64,000 nt of DNA from Candidatus Iainarchaeum sp. (GTDB lineage Archaea; B1Sed10-29; WALL01; JAGHAM01), in assembly GCA_021161465.1 (NCBI GenBank), contig JAGHAM010000012.1:180-64179 (forward strand). Reading direction: 5' to 3'. The position numbers and the translations under genes were made by a program. Positions 27,268-34,947 of this stretch are shown one piece after another (positions within the stretch are counted from its first letter, which is position 1; each line of letters starts with the position of its first letter). The notes below the pieces were generated by a model. That model was not told the DNA's origin. It was given only the letters and a program-made list of their open reading frames with translations, and did no database searches.

Positions 27268-28046
27268 AGGGAAATATAAAGTTGATAAAAAACGGAAAAA
27301 GATTGGATGGGAGAGGTTTTGATGAGTTAAGGCCAATAAAGATAGAAGCAGGTGTGCTTGAGAGAGCAGATGGCTCCGCATACCTTGAATGGGGTGGCAA
27401 TAAGATACTGGTGGCTGTGTATGGGCCACAGGAGTGCCTGCCGAGGCATCTTTCAGACCCTCACAAGGCGGTTTTAACATACAGATATAACATGGCTCCG
27501 TTTTGAGTTGACGACAGGAAGAGGCCCGGCCCAGATAGGCGCTCAACCGAAATTTCAAAGATATCCATGGAAGCACTCAGCAGGGTGGTCTTGCTAGAGC
27601 AGTTTCCAAATTCGATGATAAAGGTGTTCTGCGAAGTTTTACAGGCGGAAGCTGGTACAAGGTGTGCTAGTTTAACGGCAGCAAGTGTTGCTCTCGCTGA
27701 CGCAGGGATACCAATGAAAGATATGGTGGCTGCCTGTGCTGCTGGGAAAATTGATGGGCAAGTCGTGCTTGACCTCGGAAAGAAAGAGGACAACTTTGGT
27801 GAGGCGGATGTGCCTCTGGCGATAACTGCCCACGATGAAGAAATAGTACTTCTTCAGATGGATGGGGCGTTATCTAAGTCAGAGTTTGAGAAGGCAGTTG
27901 CACTTGCAAAGAAAGGCAGTAAAGAGGTGTACAAGCTACAGAAAGAAGCATTAAAGAGGAGGTACCAGGCGCTTAAACCAGAGTTGAAGGTCGTCAGAAA
28001 GGAGATAAAAATTGAGGATGGGCACCCAATGGAGGTGAGCAAATGA
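27264..28046 (+). CDS. rrp41: exosome RNase PH subunit Rrp41, interrupted by a single in-frame TGA at 27504-27506
   Basis: ORFs 27264-27506 and 27567-28046 are in the same frame. The read-through translation ..[25 protein letters not shown].. is colinear with Rrp41 family sequence. Start overlaps the rrp4 stop. Confidence 0.8.
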
Positions 28047-28825
28047 GTTCAGAGGATATAAAATGGGAAGTGAAAAGCGATTACATACATAATCTTGCTG
28101 CGAAAGGCCTGAGACATGATGGTAGAAAACTTGACGAATACAGGGAGATAGTAGTCAAACCAAACTATATAGAAAACGCTCTAGGTTCATCTCTGGTCAA
28201 GATAGGCGGGACTCAGGTCCTTGCTGGAGTGAGTATGGGGGTTGGTTCGCCATACCCAGATACGCCAAATGAGGGCGCTTTGATGACCGGGTGTGAGCTT
28301 GTCCCATTGGCGTCGCCAACATTTGAGTCTGGTCCACCTAGGCCTGAAGCCATAGAAGTTGCCAGAGTTGTTGATAGGGGTATACGAGAGTCCCATGCTA
28401 TCGATATGAGCTCTTTGTGCATAGAGGAAGGAGAGACTGTATGGCTTGTGATGTTGGATTTGCACGTGCTTGACTATGCTGGGAATTTATTTGACGCTAG
28501 CACGCTTGCTGCGACATCTGCCTTGTTGAACACAAGGATGCCAAAATACGAGGATGGGAAAATAATAAGAGAAAGCAATAAAAAGTTACCAGTCAATAAG
28601 AAGCCAGTGGAGTGTACTTTTGCTAAGATAGGCGATACAATAATGTTGGACCCAATCCTGGAGGAAGAAAAAACAATGGATGCCAGGATAACCTTTGCAA
28701 CTTTAGAAAAGAATACGCTTTGTGCGGCTCAGAAAGGCGGGTTCGGTTCCTTCAAGGAGAAAGAAGTGATGGATGCCCTTGATATAGCATTTAAGAAAGG
28801 GAAGGAATTGAGGAAATATTTGTAA
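28043..28825 (+). CDS. rrp42: exosome subunit Rrp42 (inactive RNase PH-like)
   Basis: RNase PH-like fold pattern ([21 protein letters not shown]). ATGA overlap with rrp41. Synteny. Confidence 0.9.
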   Translation: MSSEDIKWEVKSDYIHNLAAKGLRHDGRKLDEYREIVVKPNYIENALGSSLVKIGGTQVLAGVSMGVGSPYPDTPNEGALMTGCELVPLASPTFESGPPRPEAIEVARVVDRGIRESHAIDMSSLCIEEGETVWLVMLDLHVLDYAGNLFDASTLAATSALLNTRMPKYEDGKIIRESNKKLPVNKKPVECTFAKIGDTIMLDPILEEEKTMDARITFATLEKNTLCAAQKGGFGSFKEKEVMDALDIAFKKGKELRKYL

Positions 28826-28834
28826 GGTGAGGAT

Positions 28835-29104
28835 ATGAAAACTAAGAAGGCTGGGAGTACTGCAAGGTTCGGTGCTAGGTATGGTAAGCGAATCAAGGAT
28901 ACTGTTAAGAAATTCGAGACACAAAAGAGGTTCAAGTGCCCAAGGTGTGGCAGGATGAGCGTTAAAAGAGAAAGTTATGGCATATGGAAGTGCACCAAGT
29001 GTGGCGCCAGGTTTGCTGGTGGCGCTTATTCACCCCAGACTGGTGCCGGGAAAGCTGCTATTAGGGCGATTAAGGAACCGCAAGCTGTCAAGGGGGAAAA
29101 GTAA
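28835..29104 (+). CDS. rpl37ae: 50S ribosomal protein L37Ae (eL43)
   Basis: GSTARFGARYGKRIK start and zinc ribbon CPRCG..CTKCG. Confidence 0.95.
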   Translation: MKTKKAGSTARFGARYGKRIKDTVKKFETQKRFKCPRCGRMSVKRESYGIWKCTKCGARFAGGAYSPQTGAGKAAIRAIKEPQAVKGEK

Positions 29105-29233
29105 ATGTACGTATGCCAGAAATGTAAGAGGAAAATTGAGGATAATACTGACACACTGACCTGCCCTTACTGTGGATACAAGATATTCAGGAAGGACAGA
29201 CCACCAATAGCTAAGAAAGTCAAGGCTGAGTAA
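29105..29233 (+). CDS. rpoP: DNA-directed RNA polymerase subunit P (Rpo12/RPABC4)
   Basis: 42-aa ORF below the track cutoff, read directly: MYVCQKCKRKIEDNTDTLTCPYCGYKIFRKDRPPIAKKVKAE. CxxC..CxxC zinc ribbon. Canonical position after rpl37ae. Confidence 0.8.
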   Translation: MYVCQKCKRKIEDNTDTLTCPYCGYKIFRKDRPPIAKKVKAE

Positions 29234-29686
29234 ATGGCTTTGATGACTACATCAAGAAAGTCCTCGAGAGAGGCAATTGAGATTGCAAAGGTTTTGTCCT
29301 CTCTTATCCCAGATTCACATTTTGAGAGGAGAGGCACCAAGAGCATTGATGATGTCGTCAAAATCGCAAGGAAAAAGGGTCACCAGCGCGTAGTGGTGGT
29401 AGCTGATGATAAGAGCACCATCAGTTTGCATTTCATATCTTTGGATGGCATGAAGTGGGACTGGATGCCTGTTACAGTTGAGGTATCTGGCTTTGGGTGT
29501 CCTGCGGATGTCCCCAGGGTTCGGTTTTTGGATGGGGATTTGTGGGAGCTGTTTGGGTTTGAACCTGAAGATGGTGGTGCCGTGCTTAAAAAAACTCAGA
29601 ATAAACTTGTGTTTAAGCAGGGTAGGGCAAAACTGCTTGAGATGAAGGTGAAATTCGTTGAAGCTGGTGCTGGAGGTAAACCTTGA
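29234..29686 (+). CDS. Brix-domain (Imp4-like) ribosome biogenesis protein
   Basis: MALMTTSRKSSREAIEIAKVL..ERRGTKSIDDVVKIARKKGHQRVVVV matches the archaeal Brix family start. Confidence 0.8.
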   Translation: MALMTTSRKSSREAIEIAKVLSSLIPDSHFERRGTKSIDDVVKIARKKGHQRVVVVADDKSTISLHFISLDGMKWDWMPVTVEVSGFGCPADVPRVRFLDGDLWELFGFEPEDGGAVLKKTQNKLVFKQGRAKLLEMKVKFVEAGAGGKP

Positions 29687-29882
29687 AGATGCGCGCAAGG
29701 CGTCTAGCATAGTTGAGGCATTGTCCACGGATGCAAAGCCAAAGCGGGCTAAAGTCGCGCTAAGTTCCAACGGGCCAATATTAAACCTTTCGGCAGTTGC
29801 AGAGGATGATGTTGCCATGAGAAGTGTGATAAACAGTTATATACGGCTGATTGATGTTTGTCTTAAAGTTTTAGGAGGATGA
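29658..29882 (+). CDS. pcc1: KEOPS complex subunit Pcc1-like
   Basis: 74-aa ORF (TTG start). Pattern LEVNLEDARKASSIVEALSTD..MRSVINSYIRLIDV. Canonical superoperon slot between brix and pfdB. Confidence 0.55.
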   Translation: MKLVLEVNLEDARKASSIVEALSTDAKPKRAKVALSSNGPILNLSAVAEDDVAMRSVINSYIRLIDVCLKVLGG

Positions 29883-30208
29883 AATATATGGTGGAATTAA
29901 GTGAGAAGGAACTACAGGAAGCTAAGGGTTTAAACCAGCAATACCAGCTGATAATGGCACAGAAACAGGCGTTTTCATCAAAGCTGAAAGAACTGGAAAA
30001 TGCTCTTGCTGAAATTAAGACAGCAAAGGGTAGGATTTACTACAACGCTGGAAGTGTTTTAGTTGAATTCGACAAAAAAGAACTTGAAGAGAAGCTTGAA
30101 AAGCAAAAAAAGGAAATCCAGGAAAGCCTTGACACAATTACAGCAAGGGAGAAGACCATTAGAGAGAAAGTCCAAAAGTTACAGGGAAAAGCTGGAAAGA
30201 GTGGCTAA
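29879..30208 (+). CDS. pfdB: prefoldin beta subunit
   Basis: 109-aa coiled-coil protein with QQYQLIMAQKQAFSSKLKELENALAEI. Superoperon position. Confidence 0.85.
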   Translation: MKYMVELSEKELQEAKGLNQQYQLIMAQKQAFSSKLKELENALAEIKTAKGRIYYNAGSVLVEFDKKELEEKLEKQKKEIQESLDTITAREKTIREKVQKLQGKAGKSG

Positions 30209-31166
30209 GGTTCTTGATAGCTGCAAGTCTTTTCTTCTGATAGTCCACAAGTGCCCGGATCCTGATGCTGCTGGAGCAGCTGTTGCTTTAGCTAGTGCGT
30301 TGAAGGCAAGGAAGAAAAAGGTATCCATTGGTGTTGATAAAAATACCATATCAAAGCAAACCAAGTTGCTGCTTAAGAAGTTACATCATAAGATATCCTT
30401 CAAACCAGACTATGATGTGGATTGCATTGTGGTCCTTGATACTAATTCTCCAATGCTTTTCAGCTTGGATAAAGTTCTCAATTCAAAGGCAAAAAAGGTT
30501 TTGATAGACCACCATCATCCCAAACAGGAAGTGGTGGAGTGCTTTGATGAAGCATTCATAGATGAGGAGGCTGTTTCTGCTACACAAATAATCTACTATC
30601 TTCTAAGTGAGATGAATGTTAGCTTTACAAGAAACATTTGCCTCGCCATAGCCGCTGGGATACTGACGGATTCTGCAAACTTCGTTGCAGCTACTGTGGA
30701 GAGTTTCTTAGTGCTTGGGGAGGTACTTGAGAAGGGTAATCTATCCTTCCAGGAAGTTCTTGAGTCTGTAAGCGTACCGATGGAGATGAGCGAGAAGATA
30801 GCTAGGCTTAAGGCATCACAGCGCCTCAAGTTTTACAGGAATGGTAAACACTTGATAGCGGTCAGTAAGGTTAGTTCCTTTGAGGGTGGCGTAGCCAAGG
30901 CCCTGCTTTACCTTGGTGCAGATGTTTCATTTGTCGGCGCGGCCAGAGGTAATGATGTCAGGATAAGCGCAAGAGCCGCAAATACCGTCGTGAGCAAAGG
31001 TTTTCATCTGGGAAAGGATGTAATGCCTCTAATATCAGATGTCATAGGCGGGGATGCTGGCGGCCATGCTGGTGCGGCTGGTGCCAATGGAACCAAACCA
31101 GAGAATCTGGACAGGGCATTACGGCTTTGTGTTGAGAGAACCCGGGAACTTCTTAGAGCTATCTAG
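30201..31166 (+). CDS. DHH/DHHA1-family phosphoesterase (NrnA-like)
   Basis: Motifs HKCPDPDAAGAA, DTNS, LIDHHHP and DHHA1 GGHAGAAGA. Start set at the in-frame GTG that overlaps the pfdB stop. The upstream part of the 367-aa ORF overlaps pfdB and is not credible. Confidence 0.75.
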   Translation: MAKVLDSCKSFLLIVHKCPDPDAAGAAVALASALKARKKKVSIGVDKNTISKQTKLLLKKLHHKISFKPDYDVDCIVVLDTNSPMLFSLDKVLNSKAKKVLIDHHHPKQEVVECFDEAFIDEEAVSATQIIYYLLSEMNVSFTRNICLAIAAGILTDSANFVAATVESFLVLGEVLEKGNLSFQEVLESVSVPMEMSEKIARLKASQRLKFYRNGKHLIAVSKVSSFEGGVAKALLYLGADVSFVGAARGNDVRISARAANTVVSKGFHLGKDVMPLISDVIGGDAGGHAGAAGANGTKPENLDRALRLCVERTRELLRAI

Positions 31167-32102
31167 CTTTTTCTTTATCTCATCAGTTGCGGTTATAATG
31201 GAGTCGTATAAACTCTTTTTCCTTTCCTTGCTAATCTTAATGGCTCTTTTCATGATTTCCTCTGATAGTTTCAGGCTTTTGGTTTCAACTTCCATTTTCT
31301 CCAGTATCCCTGCAATTGTTAGGAGCTTCCATTTGGTCCTTATCCCCCCAAGCCTGGCTGCAATCTCTGTTATATTTTTTCCATACCTATTGTAAGCTTT
31401 AGTGGTTTCAAACAGATTGGTTCGATATTTACTCCCTATCTTAGCAGCTGCGACTACATCATTCTCATCATAAAAGCCAAGTGCCCTCACTAAATCCCGT
31501 GGTCTATTTTTGATATAAGACTTCACCTTTTCATCAAGCTCTCTCTTGTCTTTGATGAACTTCGATGCTCTCCTGACAGCAGCAATGACTTTTTCCTCAT
31601 CAAGCTTGTTCTTTAAGTATCCCGCGCCCATTATGAAGGAAGTTGGGTAGTCCTTAGGCCCTGTGTGTTTTTCTCCCTCAGTTATGCAGACTTCAGCTAT
31701 TTCTGGCCCATGGCCTGAGCACCAGCTTATAACCTTGTCTTTGTCTATGCCTTTTTCCGCAGCCTTCCCCACCAGTTCCACAGTTTTCTTAACGCCATCC
31801 ATGGACCTTTCCCTGGCAATTTTTACTAACTTTTCAGGCGGTATCTTGCTTTCCCTGGCTATTTTAAGAACTTTCTCCAGCTCAGCGAGCTTTCCCTGTT
31901 CTATGAAGTGCCTAACATGGGGAACACTTCGGTTTTCAAGTTTTAGCATCCCATCAGCAGCAGTTATCCTATGCTCATTGAAAAGTCTTGCAGCTTTCTG
32001 GATTTCACTATCACCAAGTTTTTTCGCAAGCCAGTTGGCTGTCTTAATATCTACATGCTTCTGGGCGAGCTTGCTTCTCCTTTCTTTTTTTTTATCAAGC
32101 AT
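31119..32102 (-). CDS. hypothetical alpha-helical protein
   Basis: 327-aa K/E-rich ORF with no motif I recognise. Divergent from mre11 with only a 40-bp spacer. Its 3' end overlaps the DHH gene by 48 nt. Confidence 0.45.
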   Translation of the reverse strand: MLDKKKERRSKLAQKHVDIKTANWLAKKLGDSEIQKAARLFNEHRITAADGMLKLENRSVPHVRHFIEQGKLAELEKVLKIARESKIPPEKLVKIARERSMDGVKKTVELVGKAAEKGIDKDKVISWCSGHGPEIAEVCITEGEKHTGPKDYPTSFIMGAGYLKNKLDEEKVIAAVRRASKFIKDKRELDEKVKSYIKNRPRDLVRALGFYDENDVVAAAKIGSKYRTNLFETTKAYNRYGKNITEIAARLGGIRTKWKLLTIAGILEKMEVETKSLKLSEEIMKRAIKISKERKKSLYDSIITATDEIKKKLDSSKKFPGSLNTKP

Positions 32103-32142
32103 TCCAATATAATTTTATTGTCCCTCTCTTATATATTACTCA

Positions 32143-33351
32143 ATGAAGATTGCGATTATTTCTGATAACCACTTTGGCTACGCTACAGGGACGGAGCGGC
32201 AGGAGGATTCTTTTGTCCAGGCCAGGGAGGCATTCGAAGAGGCTCTAAAGGAAGCCGATGTGATAGTAAATCCAGGCGACATCTTTGATTCCAGGGTACC
32301 AAAGCAGGAGGTTATGGAAAAGGCAGCTAAGATATTCTCCCTTGCTTTGCAGGCTAAAAATACTGGTGTAAGGGTTGTTGATAGCTACAACGTTGAGAAG
32401 ATACCCAACTACACCGTGGCCGGGGTCCCAATAATAGCGATACATGGCACTCACGAGAGAAGGGGCAGCAACATGGTGAATCCTGTGGAAACTTTAGAGG
32501 CTGCTGGGTTGCTGGTTCACATACACCTTGGCTACATCGTTCTGGAGAAAGATGGTGAGCAGGTTGCAATCCATGGAATGAGCGGGGTACCAGAGCCTCA
32601 GGCAAGAGATGCGCTGATGGCATGGAGCCCTAAGCCAGTGAAAGGCGCGCACAATATAATCATGTTTCACCAATCCTTCAAGGAAATGGTTAATGATCCA
32701 TCAGCAACCCTTATTTTTGATGACTTACCACCTGGGTTTGATTTATACATAAATGGCCATATCCATTGGCACTCAGTTAATAAAAAAGACGGAAAGTTGA
32801 TACTTCATCCAGGGAGTACGATAACCACGCAGATGAGGAAGAACGAGGCTGAGAACCCTAAGGGTTTCTGCTTCTATGACACTCTCACGTCCAACATAGA
32901 TTTTGTTCCGCTCAAGAGCCAGAGGAAACTTTACTACAAAGAGATAAAAGCTAGTGGCTCACCTGGAAGTGTTGTTGACGAGGCAATGGCTTTCCTGAAG
33001 TCAATCCCGCAAACAGAGTTAAAACCAATGGTGAAGCTAAAGATTACAGGGTCTCTAACACCAGGCGCGACCATAGACCTGAGGGAAATAACCCATACCT
33101 TCGATGACAAGCTTATAATGTCGGTAGATGACCAGACAGAAACGGAGGATTTCAAGAAGAAGATTGCTTCACTTAGGGACCTTCACAAGCAAAAAGCATC
33201 TGTCCTTGAGAGAAGTCTGGACATACTGACAGAGAACTTAAAGCAGGCAGGTTATGAGGGCATCCCCCCGGATAAGCTCTTGGGTGTGTTGGAGGACGGC
33301 GATGTCGACAAGGCTTTAGAAATCTTGATGAAGGAAAAAGAGGGTGCATGA
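32143..33351 (+). CDS. mre11: Mre11/SbcD-family DNA repair nuclease (calcineurin-like phosphoesterase)
   Basis: Phosphoesterase motifs I-V: SDNHFG, GDIFD, IHGTHER, MFHQ, NGHIHWH. Confidence 0.8.
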   Translation: MKIAIISDNHFGYATGTERQEDSFVQAREAFEEALKEADVIVNPGDIFDSRVPKQEVMEKAAKIFSLALQAKNTGVRVVDSYNVEKIPNYTVAGVPIIAIHGTHERRGSNMVNPVETLEAAGLLVHIHLGYIVLEKDGEQVAIHGMSGVPEPQARDALMAWSPKPVKGAHNIIMFHQSFKEMVNDPSATLIFDDLPPGFDLYINGHIHWHSVNKKDGKLILHPGSTITTQMRKNEAENPKGFCFYDTLTSNIDFVPLKSQRKLYYKEIKASGSPGSVVDEAMAFLKSIPQTELKPMVKLKITGSLTPGATIDLREITHTFDDKLIMSVDDQTETEDFKKKIASLRDLHKQKASVLERSLDILTENLKQAGYEGIPPDKLLGVLEDGDVDKALEILMKEKEGA

Positions 33352-33414
33352 AGCGTTGGTGGTTATGACCGTTTTCCCATTTAGCCCTCTATCATCTCTA
33401 TCCTATCTTATTTA

Positions 33415-33456
33415 TATACCTTCTCGGAAATGAGGAGAACCTTTTTAAATGAAACA
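33415..33456 (+). repeat. left copy of the 42-bp direct repeat flanking the COG1373 ATPase
   Basis: TATACCTTCTCGGAAATGAGGAGAACCTTTTTAAATGAAACA. Matches 34685-34726 at 40 of 42 positions. Confidence 0.9.
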
Positions 33457-33474
33457 TGTGCAAACTATATCATG

Positions 33475-34722
33475 GTTTTGGAAAAACTGAAAGATTGGAA
33501 TCCCTGGTGGGCTGAAGGTGAAGTACCTGAAAAATTGCATGGGAAACCACGCCGCATAACAGGAGAACTGTTCAACTTAGCTAAAGCTAGGGATTTATCC
33601 AAGGTGATAATAGGTCCACGGAGGTCAGGGAAGACAACAGTGATGTACCAAATTATACAAAAACTCATTAACTCTGGAGTTAACCCAAACCACATACTTT
33701 ACGTAAATCTGGAGGATCCTGCTCTGTCGGATGCTGAGTTTGATGAGATTTATTCAGATTTTGTACAGTTTAGCAAGTCAAAAGAGAACTATCTCTTCTT
33801 TGATGAAATACAAGTTAAGAAAGATTGGGACAAATGGATTAGAGCACATCTTGAGAAGAGACAGAATGATTCTATATATGTGTCAGGTTCAACGATGAGC
33901 CTTATGAAACACGAGGCAGGAAGACGTCTTGCTGGAAGAGTCTTGATGAAAACAATTTATCCATTGTCTTTCAATGAACTCTTATCCTTGAACAACATTA
34001 CCTTTAGAAATTCTCAGGAAAAAGATATAGCGTTGGGTTTGCTGAAAGAGTGCTTGCTGTTGGGATGCTATCCTAGAGTGGTGTTCGAGCAGGATGTAAA
34101 TTTGAAGAGAGAAATTCTTGTTTCCTACTTTGATACGATAGTTGCTAGAGACGTAGCTGCTTCTCATAAACTTGATTTCAAGAAAGCCCAGGACATATTC
34201 TCCTACATACTTAGAAATACTAGCAGTTTGTTCTCAGTAAATAAGATAAAGAATATGTTTCATCTTTCCTACGAGACCGCAGAAAGATATGTAGATGCCA
34301 TGAAAGATTCTATGGTGTTGATAGAATCTAGACGTTACTCGTTTTCACTTAGAGAACAGATGGCGTTTCCAAGAAAATTTTACACAATCGATCTTGGTTT
34401 AAGGTGGGTTTCATCAAGAGGCCCCACTGAAGATATGGGGAAATTGTTGGAGAGCTTCATAGCTGAGGAGTTAGTAAAGCATGGATATGAGTTTTACTAT
34501 TGGTCTGACGAAAGACAATGTGATTTCGTTATTGTAGGTGATGGAAAACCAAAATTCGCACTACAAGTGTCTTATGAGTTGACTAAAGAGAACAAAAAGA
34601 GAGAGCATGAAGGATTAAACGAGGCCATGGATGAGTTTGGCATACCTGGTAGGGTTCTAACGTTTGAGGATGCACCCGAGTTTGTATACCTTCTCGGAAA
34701 CGAGGAGAACCCTTTTAAATGA
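33475..34722 (+). CDS. COG1373-type AAA+ ATPase (AAA_14 + DUF4143)
   Basis: P-loop GPRRSGKTT, Walker B YLFFDEIQ, C-terminal QCDFVIV...ALQVSYEL block. Start placed at MVLEKLKDWNPWW. AT-rich relative to its neighbours. Confidence 0.75.
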   Translation, partial: VLEKLKDWNPWWAEGEVPEKLHGKPRRITGELFNLAKARDLSKVIIGPRRSGKTTVMYQIIQKLINSGVNPNHILYVNLEDPALSDAEFDEIYSDFVQFSKSKENYLFFDEIQVKKDWDKWIRAHLEKRQNDSIYVSGSTMSLMKHEAGRRLAGRVLMKTIYPLSFNELLSLNNITFRNSQEKDIALGLLKECLLLGCYPRVVFEQDVNLKREILVSYFDTIVARDVAASHKLDFKKAQDIFSYILRNTSSLFSVNKIKNMFHLSYETAERYVDAMKDSMVLIESRRYSFSLREQMAFPRKFYTIDLGLRWVSSRGPTEDMGKLLESFIAEELVKHGYEFYYWSDERQCDFVIVGDGKPKFALQVSYELTKENKKREHEGLNEAMDEFGIPGRVLTFEDAPEFVYLLGNEENPFK

Positions 34723-34726
34723 AACA
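34685..34726 (+). repeat. right copy of the 42-bp direct repeat (covers the last codons and stop of the ATPase)
   Basis: TATACCTTCTCGGAAACGAGGAGAACCCTTTTAAATGAAACA. Contains the mini-hairpin CTCG-GAAA-CGAG; the left copy keeps it as CTCG-GAAA-TGAG. Confidence 0.9.
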
Positions 34727-34947
34727 ACATGAAGAGTATCGTGAACTATTCCTCCACCCTGTCTTCTATCCTAGTTATTGTTAGTTGGATTCATTTTCAT
34801 TCCAATGCGTCCTGTGAGGACCATCAAACTTAAAATTATCGATGTGGGGATTAACACATTTTTCAGTGCTCACCACTGTCTAGTAATCAGTCATTTTATA
34901 TTCCCCATTTTCATTAGAAGTTCACTAGGAAGCGCAGAATAATTCAC

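Noticed and set aside
27504-27506. Selenocysteine or lineage-wide TGA reassignment in rrp41
   Set aside because: TGA is the evident terminator of many well-supported genes here (spt5, mtnA, rpl1, relB, brix, rrp4). No Sec machinery or SECIS-like element is visible. The aligned residue in orthologues is, as I recall, an ordinary Ser.
30063-30200. N-terminal 46 codons of the 367-aa ORF (MNSTKKNLKRSLKSKK...)
   Set aside because: This part overlaps the prefoldin beta gene out of frame. DHH-family homology begins only after the in-frame GTG at 30201, which overlaps the pfdB stop.
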